From the NCBI RefSeq assembly GCF_964204645.1, contig NC_134034.1, positions 3,675,814 through 3,739,813 on the forward strand: 64,000 nt of DNA, written 5' to 3'. Position numbers and translations under genes: made by a program. A model generated the notes under the pieces. That model was given only the letters and a program-made list of their open reading frames with translations, was not told the DNA's origin and did not search any database. Position 1 is the first letter of the stretch. The number at the start of each line of letters is the position of its first letter. This document shows, piece after piece, positions 24,734-34,884 of the stretch. Origin of the DNA: Tubulanus polymorphus. Taxonomy: Eukaryota; Animalia; Nemertea.

Positions 24734-27700
24734 GATTGATGTCTGTCTGCAGAGTTTCCAGAACCTGTCATGTCAGGTCTTAAGACCTGACATGACAGGT
24801 CTGACCTGTCATGTCAGGTCCCGAAAAAACCCAAACTCATGACAATATTTGACGAAACGGCGAAATATCTAGACATGTGCTAGACGAATGGAAGAACATT
24901 TTGAGTTGAATGAATATTCTGACCCGTCGTTAATATCGAAAATGATTCAACAATAACGATAAGGAAATTGTTCTGACAAATAATTCATTTGAAAGGTTGA
25001 TTTATAAGAAGAAAATATTTATGTGTAAACTATGACTTATTTCTGTATTAAAGGGAAAAAAATAAGTTTATAAGTTTTAATTTAGTAGATGAATTTATTA
25101 ATGTAGAAGTAAGAGCACATTATAAGTCTAAGAGAAAATTTTCGCTAGATGAATCGAGGTCTTGATATTTCGTTTCCGCAATAAGACACTGAAAATTATC
25201 TGCTCACTATCACAGTTCGGCAACACTCCTCACTGTCATCAGTCATGAAGTCTCACTATTTATATTCATTGTCTTTATGATGTACATGTAAAAGAGCCGA
25301 ATGCAATATAGAAACTGATTTTATTGAGACTGATTTTAAATCTACTCATCAATTTAAAGCATGAAGTTTTTTTTCAATTTATACCAGTTTTAATGCAGAC
25401 CTGTCACCTCAGGTCCCGAGAAGCTCTGCAAAATGGCGCGAGCTGCCGTGTGAGGTCTCACTTCATAATTATTGTTTTATAGCAACTTAAGATTAACTCT
25501 ATCAATGGTTAGCAATTTATATTATACTTATTACTATATAAAGGTTATAAAAAGTAAAGTTTTTTCCATTTCATCAGTTTTAGTGCAGACCTGTCACCAC
25601 AGGTCCCGAGAAGCTCTGCAAAATGGCGCGAGCTGCCGTGTGAGGTCTCGCTTCAAAATTATTGTTTTATAGTAACTTAAGATTACCTATATCCATGGTT
25701 AGCAATTTATATTATATTCATTGCTATAAAGAGACCATAAAAATTAAAGTTTTCCTTCATTTCATCATTTTAAATGCAGACCTGTCACCACAGGTCTCGA
25801 GAAGCTCTGCAAAATGGCGCGAGCTGCCGTGTGAGGTCTCGCTTCAAAATTATTGTTTTATAGTAACTTAAGATTAACTCTATCTATGGTTAGCAATCTA
25901 TATTATACTCTTTACTATAAAGAGACCATAAAAATTAAAGTTTTCCTTCATTTCATCAGTTTTAATGCAGACCTGTCACCACAGGTCCCGAGAAGCTCTG
26001 CAAAATGGCGCGAGCTGCCGTGTGAGGTCTCGCTTCAAAATTATTGTTTTATGGTAACTTAAGATTAACTCTATCTATGGTTAGCAATTTATATTATACT
26101 TATTACTATATAAAGGTTATAAAAAGTAAAGTTTTTTCCATTTCATCAGTTTTAGTGCAGACCTGTCACCACAGGTCCCGAGAAGCTCTGCAAAATGGCG
26201 CGCGTTGCCGTGTGAGGTCTCGCTTCAAAATCATTGTTTTATAGTAACTTAAGATTACCTATATCCATGGTTAGCAATTTATATTATATTCATTGCTATA
26301 AAGAGAACATGAAAATTAAAGTTTTCCTTCATTTCATCAGTTTTAATGCAGACCTGTCACCACAGGTCTCGAGAAGCTCTGCAAAATGGCGCGAGCTGCC
26401 GTGTGAGGTCTCGCTTCATAATTATTGTTTTATAGTAACTTGAGATTACCTATATCCATGGTTAGCAATTTATATTATATTCATTACTATAAAGATACCA
26501 TAAAAAGTGAAGTTTTTTCCATTTCATCAGTTTTAATGCAGACCTGTCACCACAGGTCCGGAAGACTCTGCAAAATGGCGCGAGCTGCCGTGTGAGGTCT
26601 CGCTTCAAAATTATTGTTTTATTGTAACTTTAGATTAACTCTATCTATGGTTAGCAATTTATATTATACTTATTACTATATAAAGGTTATAAAAAGTAAA
26701 GTTTTTTCCATTTCATCAGTTTTAGTGCAGACCTGTCACCACAGGTCCCGAGAAGCTCTGCAAAATGGCGCGAGCTGCCGTGTGAGGTCTCGCTTCAAAA
26801 TTATTGTTTTATGGTAACTTAAGATTAACTCTATCTATGGTTAGCAATTTATATTATACTTATTACTATATAAAGGTTATAAAAAGTAAAGTTTTTTCCA
26901 TTTCATCAGTTTTAGTGCAGACCTGTCACCACAGGTCCCGAGAAGCTCTGCAAAATGGCGCGCGTTGCCGTGTGAGGTCTCGCTTCAAAATCATTGTTTT
27001 ATAGTAACTTAAGATTACCTATATCCATGGTTAGCAATTTATATTATATTCATTGCTATAAAGAGACCATAAAAATTAAAGTTTTCCTTCATTTCATCAG
27101 TTTTAATACAGACCTGTCACCACAGGTCTCGAGAAGCTCTGCAAAATGGCGCGAGCTGCCGTGTGAGGTCTCGCTTCATAATTATTGTTTTATAGTAACT
27201 TTAGATTAACTCTATCTATGGTTAGCAATTTATATTATATTCATTACTATAAAGAGACCATAAAAATTAAAGTTTTCCTTCATTTCATCAGTTTTAATGC
27301 AGACCTGTCACCACAGGTCCCGAAGACTCTGCAAAATGGCGCGAGCTGCCGTGTGAGGTCTCGCTTCATAATTATTGTTTTATAGTAACTTGAGATTACC
27401 TATATCCATGGTTAGCAATTTATATTATATTCATTACTATAAAGATACCATAAAAAGTGAAGTTTTTTCCATTTCATCAGTTTTAATGCAGACCTGTCAC
27501 CACAGGTCCGGAAGACTCTGCAAAATGGCGCGAGCTGCCGTGTGAGGTCTCGCTTCAAAATTATTGTTTTATTGTAACTTTAGATTAACTCTATCTATGG
27601 TTAGCAATTTATATTATACTTATTACTATATAAAGGTTATAAAAAGTAAAGTTTTTTCCATTTCATCAGTTTTAGTGCAGACCTGTCACCACAGGTCCCG

Positions 27701-29510
27701 AGAAGCTCTGCAAAATGGCGCGAGCTGCCGTGTGAGGTCTCGCTTCAAAATTATTGTTTTATGGTAACTTAAGATTAACTCTATCTATGGTTAGCAATTT
27801 ATATTATACTTATTACTATATAAAGGTTATAAAAAGTAAAGTTTTTTCCATTTCATCAGTTTTAGTGCAGACCTGTCACCACAGGTCCCGAGAAGCTCTG
27901 CAAAATGGCGCGCGTTGCCGTGTGAGGTCTCGCTTCAAAATCATTGTTTTATAGTAACTTAAGATTACCTATATCCATGGTTAGCAATTTATATTATATT
28001 CATTGCTATAAAGAGACCATAAAAATTAAAGTTTTCCTTCATTTCATCAGTTTTAATACAGACCTGTCACCACAGGTCTCGAGAAGCTCTGCAAAATGGC
28101 GCGAGCTGCCGTGTGAGGTCTCGCTTCATAATTATTGTTTTATAGTAACTTTAGATTAACTCTATCTATGGTTAGCAATTTATATTATATTCATTACTAT
28201 AAAGAGACCATAAAAATTAAAGTTTTCCTTCATTTCATCAGTTTTAATGCAGACCTGTCACCACAGGTCCCGAAGACTCTGCAAAATGGCGCGAGCTGCC
28301 GTGTGAGGTCTCGCTTCATAATTATTGTTTTATAGTAACTTTAGATTAACTCTATCTATGGTTAGCAATTTATATTATATTCATTACTATAAAGAGACCA
28401 TAAAAATTAAAGTTTTCCTTCATTTCATCAGTTTTAATGCAGACCTGTCACCACAGGTCCCGAAGACTCTGCAAAATGGCGCGAGCTGCCGTGTGAGGTC
28501 TCGCTTCATAATTATTGTTTTATAGTAACTTTAGATTAACTCTATCTATGGTTAGCAATTTATATTATATTCATTACTATAAAGAGACCATAAAAATTAA
28601 AGTTTTCCTTCATTTCATCAGTTTTAATGCAGACCTGTCACCACAGGTCCCGAAGACTCTGCAAAATGGCGCGAGCTGCCGTGTGAGGTCTCGCTTCATA
28701 ATTATTGTTTTATAGTAACTTAAGATTAACTCTATCTATGGTTAGCAATCTATATTATACTCTTTACTATAAAGAGACCATAAAAATTAAAGTTTTCCTT
28801 CATTTCATCAGTTTTAATGCAGACCTGTCACCACAGGTCCCGAGAAGCTCTGCAAAATGGCGCGAGCTGCCGTGTGAGGTCTCGCTTCAAAATTATTGTT
28901 TTATAGTAACTTAAGATTAATTCTATCCATGGTTAGCAATTTATATTATATTCATTGCTATAAAGAGACCATAAAAATTATATATAATAAAATTACCATA
29001 ATATATAATAATATAGGGCCTAATCTTAATGAGTATAATGATTGTTATTAATACTGATTATGATTACATAAGGCACTACTGGTATCATTTTGCCTGATCT
29101 TGATATTTTTATGTTTCGTGTTACAAAAAAATAAATTAATTGTAAACAATTCGTTCAATGTTCTCCAATAATTCACAATCATTCCATCTTTATTATTATA
29201 AGGCGATATAGTTCAACAACTTTTTATAAACGGACAAACATAAATTCTTAAATGAATTCTAAACACATCATAGTTTGTTTTTTGTTTTTGAATAATATAT
29301 TCAGAAAGCACTACGATATGTTCTTTGTGTTCTTATCGGCTATCATTTGTTCTAAATCCGCGCCTATCATATCTTCTAATCGCCTATCATCGGTTCAGTC
29401 ATAACGATTTTCATTTTAGCGAATCGACCTGTCACCTGAGGTCCCACCTGTCATGTCAGGTCTTGGGCCCTGACATGACAGGTTCTGGAAACTCTGCAGA
29501 CAGACCTAAA
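24734..29510. mobile_element. Non-autonomous TIR DNA transposon carrying an internal satellite
   Basis: 37-bp inverted repeat GTCTGTCTGCAGAGTTTCCAGAACCTGTCATGTCAGG (24741-24777 / 29469-29505), subterminal GACCTGTCATGTCAGGTC motifs, 10-bp direct repeat TGTATCACTT at 24724-24733 and 29511-29520. Confidence 0.8.
25360..28980. repeat. ~190-bp satellite, ~19 monomers, with 950-bp (5-mer) higher-order duplication
   Basis: GACCTGTCACCACAGGTC recurs every 189-191 bp; identical variant series offset by 950 bp (26614/27564, 26804/27754, 26994/27944, 27185/28135). Confidence 0.97.
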
Positions 29511-29514
29511 TGTA

Positions 29515-29580
29515 TCACTTCCGGGTATCGCCAATAAACTATAAATTCAATCAAGATGTAGCAGAGCGCCCTCTTGTGGT
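29515..29580 (-). promoter_or_regulatory. Promoter-like motifs: ETS (CCGGAAGTG), CCAAT, CTCF-like (CCACAAGAGGGCGCT)
   Basis: cacttccgg 29516-29524; ccaat 29531; agcgccctcttgtgg 29565-29579. Confidence 0.5.
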
Positions 29581-30231
29581 AGAAATTAAGGACTTTACTA
29601 ATCCCTAGTTTTTTTTCCGGATTTTTCAGTTTGTGAATCTGTTTTGTTTCTGTGTCAATAAATCTGCCGGTCTGGTAATAATTTGAAACGTAAACAATGA
29701 AAATGAATTGAACTAAAAAAAAAATCGTGCATTGGACTTATACCTGGATTAGCTGGACAGGGCTACATTCTGTGCCCTGTCAACCGTTCTGTGTCAGTCT
29801 GTTTATTCATTTAGAATATCATTTGTTTTTTTAAATCACCGAGCGCTAGGGCATTGAAGAAGACACGTGAAATGATGAAGTGAAAGTAAATTTCAACTAA
29901 AATACGTACGACGGACTATATTTGGGATTAACCAGACGGTATTGCCACCTAGTGTAGGAAATTATATTTGGTATCATAGGTGACAATTTAGTACTTCTAA
30001 GGTGGAATTTCTCATGGATTTCTAGAGTTTTCGCCTTGCTTTTTAGACTGATACGTGTAAGTAGGTTTCTAAGATGCTGTCAATCTTTAATTTCCAGCGA
30101 AAAAATTGGGAGGGCGGTGAATCGAGTCGTTTAAAAAATCCGTCGGCGTCAGTCGTGAAAAATTGCGATATCATCAGTATCACCCATCACACTTCCACTT
30201 TTGGATAATGGAAATTCGGCTTTAGAAGGAT

Positions 30232-30736
30232 GGAAGTGGATATTTTGCCTATGCAGCATTATTTATTAAATGCTATTTTGTCAATGGCTATATATAATAA
30301 GATCTTGTATTTTGTAATTGTACAGTCCATTAATGCAAAATACCTATAAAATCATTATATATACTGTCATACTGTGTTTTTAGGGTTAGGCCTGGGGGGG
30401 GGGGGGGTTCGATAGGGTTTGGGTCTAGAGGGTTAGGGTGAGGTTTAGGGTCCGTTTTTACCCCTAGAGGGATAGGGTTAGGGTAAGGTGAGGCTATGTG
30501 TAGTGAAAACTTACAGCTGGTTTTCAGTGAGCCCGGTGGTCCTGTGGATAGACGTTAGACTAGCAATATGCTGGTACGGGTTCGAATCCCGCTTTATGCT
30601 GCTATTTTCTCTTAACTCTGTTCTCCATATTTTCCTCGATTTTTTAAAGTCACGTGTAAATTAACCAATCAGTACGAGCCTTTGGCACAGTAGCGTTAAA
30701 CGGGAAAAATGCTGCATTGGCAAAATATCCACTGCC
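30232..30736. mobile_element. TIR element containing GGTTAGG-like repeats and a tRNA-like segment
   Basis: GGAAGTGGATATTTTGCC.ATGCAGCATT / AATGCTGCAT.GGCAAAATATCCACTGCC; B box GGTTCGAATCCC at ~30579. Confidence 0.65.
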
Positions 30737-31695
30737 TTAAAAAGATCAGGATCAGGTCCATCTTTGCACGCGGTGTGTTTAGCTCGTCGGAGACATCTGA
30801 TTCAGTCTTGTTTCAGTAGGGTGGAAAGAAATAAGTCACTACGTCGCAGGTGCGGATCCAGGGGCATGTTGTGACCATGTCGACCAATAAAAAAGGCTCT
30901 TAATTTAGGGCGGAATGGCATATCAGCAAAATTGTTGAAATTTTACTATCGTTTTAGAGCTTTCTAAGCATCTCTGAAAGGCGTTTAGTCAAGAAACATA
31001 GGTTACATATTTAGGATGAATATCTATTGTGTATCTCAGGTTGTTACAACGGCAAATTTTGGTATAGAGAAAAAAATAAAAAGGCACTTTAAAATTCAGA
31101 CCGTGTCGGGCGACACGGTCTAAATCCGCCCCTGCATCGGGCCCTCTTTCTACTACGACCGCATCAGTTCGTTGTCCAGCATCGGTGATGCTGATGGGAT
31201 TTTTCTTACAAACTGCGTTGTAGGTGATTAAAATCAGTTGTGTGTAAACACACAAAAATCACGCGGTATCATCAGTTCAATTGTCGGTTCAAAATCAATC
31301 TTAGCCACGTGCGAACAAACCGTGTTTTTAAGTGTGAAACTAAGAGCATATTTTTGAAAGTTTTCACGCGTCGGTCACAGTTTGTATCGATGGGAATATT
31401 TTTCACGCCGTTACGAAATTAATAAGTTGCGTTAAACTAATGAATGCAATATATGAATGACCGGTTCAATTGTCTTCAAAATGAATCATAGCAAAATGAA
31501 TCATAGAAGGTTGCGACAGATGTGAATACTAGCGCGGCTGTCCTTTTTATTACCTAAATGATTTCAGGCATTAAAACTGACTTTAAATCAACCAAAATGC
31601 TATATTTAATATCATCATCGGTTTATCTCAGTAAATTACGTCATCTCCGCATTAAGGACGACCTAATGAAACACCTGTGAAGAAACCACCGTCCT

Positions 31696-32415
31696 CGGGT
31701 CAGCTGCTCAAAAGTTGGTTAAAGATAACCGGTGGATAAATACCATAGTAATAATGAACTTTTGACTCTAACCCACTTTTGAGCAACTGGGACCGGTTGC
31801 ATAGTCATGGCTTAGATTAAGACCAGTCTAAGACCAAATTAGTTCTATAGCCAATCTAACATCTTAAGACCAGTCAGGAGGTCTAAACATTTATGACCAC
31901 TTTTGGACTTAAGTCACGATTATGCAACTGGCCCCTGGGGCCTGTTGCATAGTCGACACTTAAGACCGAAAATGGTTGTGTATATTATGACTGTTTTTTA
32001 AGTTATTCGATTGGCTATAGAACTTAGATGGCCTAAGACTGGTTTTAAGTCTAGACTGGTCTTAAGTCTAAGCCTTGACTGTGGATCAGGATTCAGGTTG
32101 CGCAGTCGTGACTTAAGTCCAAAATTGGTCTTAGATTGGCTAGAACTAAATGGTCTCCGACTAGTCTTAAGTCTAAGCGATGACTATGGAACTGGCCACC
32201 GAATTTCAAAAGTAGTCTTAAGATTGGCTATAGAAAAAAGTTGGTCATAGACTGGTCTTAAGTCTAAGCCATAACTATGCAACCGGCCCCCGGGGCTAGT
32301 TGCTTAAAAGTTGGTTATAGATAAATACCGGTGGGTAAATACCATAGTAACAATGAACTTCTAATTGTCACTATCTCATCAGCTGGTTAACCCTATAACC
32401 AACTTTTGAGCCCCC
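31696..32415. mobile_element. Chain of abutting GGGCCAGTTGC-ended MITEs (two families)
   Basis: Same elements occur singly at 2243-2369 (CAG flanks) and ~61078-61205, and paired at 49164-49429. Confidence 0.75.
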
Positions 32416-33421
32416 TGACTGCTAGTCAAGAGCTCTTTCGCATTGGGCTACAACGGTGACTGCATTTTTCGCTGAAACCTCTAAGTCGCTAGTGCGGCAG
32501 AATGTGGCGATAGGTGCCACTTATTTCTCTTTTTTGGAACAAGGAAATAGTCATTATCGTATCACTATAGTTCAGGTACGACCTATCATCGTGCGAAAAA
32601 TTGCAAACATTTATGTGTCGGAACCTTTAACCCTAACCCTTTTTGTTATCGCTTTTAGATGATTAAAATCAGTTGTGTTTTAAGACAAGAGAGTTACGCA
32701 ATATCATCGGTTAAATTGTTCAAAATCGATCATAGCGTGAAAGTCTAAGACCAACTTAGTTATATAGCCAATGTAACAACTTAAGACCAGTCTTAAGATT
32801 TTAAACCACTTTTAGACTTAAGTCATGACTGGCCCCTGGTGGACTTGGTTTTTGCCTCGGTCAAGAAATAATTTCAATCTTGGAATCGGGTTTTTTTTTG
32901 TTGCTCTAGTCTGATCACCATTTTCTATAGTCCAGTGACTGGGTGCGGTCAGTAGAAGTTCATGACCGAAGAGTGACAAACAAATCTGCGCGGTCTTAAA
33001 TAGATCGGTTAAAGTCAATATAAGGTTGTCTGTGGCTTTCATCTTTAAGCCTATTTACCTTTAAGACATAACAATTACAAAGACCGGTAAACAGCCTGTG
33101 CTGAACACATGCGCTGATAAACATAGTAGACCATTTTGCTCAACTCGAGTTGGATCCGTAAAACTCATGAGGTAACTGTTTTCAACTGTTATGTTAATTG
33201 ATATATTTTCATGTCACTGTAGACTGGATAACATATATCTCCAGGTCGTTTCCTTAAAAGTCAATTTTTTAATTCGATCGAAAATGTTTTTACTCATTTC
33301 ATGGCTTAATTGTCGAAAAAATGCCTGGATTCTGGAAAAAAAGTTTTTAGACTTTCGACTTAGATTTAGGGCTATGAATAGCACCAAAAATTCATAAAGA
33401 CTAATGTTTCATAGTACGTAT

Positions 33422-33708
33422 CAGGGTGGCCACTCATGTGGAATTCAGGGAAATCAGGGACAATTCAGGGAATTCGATTTTCACCCAAAAAGTCATGGAA
33501 TAGTCAGGGTATTTCATGAAAAAGGTAAAAAATCGTGGAAAAGTCGGGGAAAACTATTTTGATGCGTGTCAGAAATGCATTTTACATCACTATCTAAAAA
33601 TTTGGAATAAAATGCACCGTAGTTGAGACAACTTCGGTCATGGACTTTTGGTAAAATGTTCAGGTAAAAGTCCTGGAAAAACAAAAGCAGATTAAAGTGG
33701 CCACCCGG
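33422..33708. mobile_element. hAT-like MITE with 5-bp TSD
   Basis: CAGGGTGGCCACT...AGTGGCCACCCGG flanked by CGTAT; internal TCAGGGAA repeats. Confidence 0.7.
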
Positions 33709-33789
33709 CGTATTTTGGTGCCGGTCCGACTTCTAAAAACCTTGCAAGAAAGATATCTAGGACTTAAATCCCTGAATGAAAATGTCAAT

Positions 33790-34028
33790 AATCTAGAAAG
33801 TTCTACGCAACATGCGCACATGGAATAGGAATTGTCTTCAAGGACGACTGCACACATGTAGACACGCGCGCTTGTTTTTAAGGAGTTTAGTGGTGCTGTA
33901 TAGTGGCAATGTTTGTTGCGACAATAGAAAGTTTTAAGATATGCGAAGCTTCCCATTTTAGAGTTCTAGAATATTGTAAAGCTTCCCTTTTCGAGTCAAC
34001 AGTTCTAGAATATTCCGCGAATAGTTCT
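33790..34028. promoter_or_regulatory. Heat-shock element cluster upstream of the DNAJB6 ATG
   Basis: TTCtaGAAtaTTC at 34003-34015, TTCtaGAAtaTTg at 33964-33976, GAAgcTTC at 33945, aTCtaGAAagTTC at 33791. Confidence 0.7.
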
Positions 34029-34284
34029 GCTCGACGAAGAGAAAGCCCGCTGGTCCGGGAGCCGGGCTTAATAAATGTCACCGACTTTGCAGGATCTGGA
34101 TGAGGGTTTAAAAAAAAATATTTTCGTGACTTCAAATTGATATGAATTTATGGTACGTAAGAACCGAAATTACCAGCGAAACTATTAAAGAGGCTCGCAG
34201 AATATTCGGCTTTCAAACTTCCATTAAGGAGGCATTTTCGCAATGCCTTCACTGCAATATTAGTCATGTAGACCAGTCATAGGA

Positions 34285-34318
34285 TATATACAAATATATA
34301 TATAAATATATATATATA

Positions 34319-34381
<63 letters not shown>
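34285..34381. repeat. (TA)n microsatellite
   Basis: Direct reading. Confidence 0.95.
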
Positions 34382-34382
<1 letters not shown>

Positions 34383-34819
34383 CCTGCTTCCTTATGGGCC
34401 CTTCCTTATGGGTGAGTGATGCTTTTAGGAATGTGTTGAAATCGTGAATTGCGTAAAGTTGTATTTTTATTTCGGCGGCCGGCAATTCGGATCAATTTCT
34501 TCTGTTTGCGTCTCGAAACAATACGACGATTATCGTCGCGTTATCGAAACCGCGTCGATTATTCCGGGGGTGTTTAAAAACCACGCTTCTGACCTGGTTG
34601 CGGTTATTGTGTTGCGATTAATAGCACGAATTATCGCTGTAGTAAAAGTTTTTGTGTTTGTGTTTTTTGCAGAGATTTCAGGACAACGCGTAGAATACAG
34701 AACAGACCGAATAGGCAGACGCGGACAGAGACAGCAGACGGACGGTTGAGTTCGTGGTTGAACTAGTTTTCCTGACAATCAATTGGAAAGAGTTATAGTA
34801 AAACATTTTAAGTTTAAAG

Positions 34820-34884
34820 ATGGGCGAATATTACGTCATTCTCGGAGTGAGGAAAGATGCGTCGGACACAGATATCAAAAAAGC
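34820..34884 (+). CDS. DNAJB6: DNAJB6 coding exon 1
   Basis: [21 protein letters not shown]; GC|GTAAGT. Confidence 0.93.

Noticed and set aside
25472-28914. Series of 66-71-aa ORFs in the satellite
   Set aside because: TTG-start translations of a non-coding repeat, in shifting frames, with no splice or domain support.
30529-30592. tRNA genes here and at 13793, 14546 and 19920
   Set aside because: A/B boxes present but no complete cloverleaf; better explained as SINE heads.
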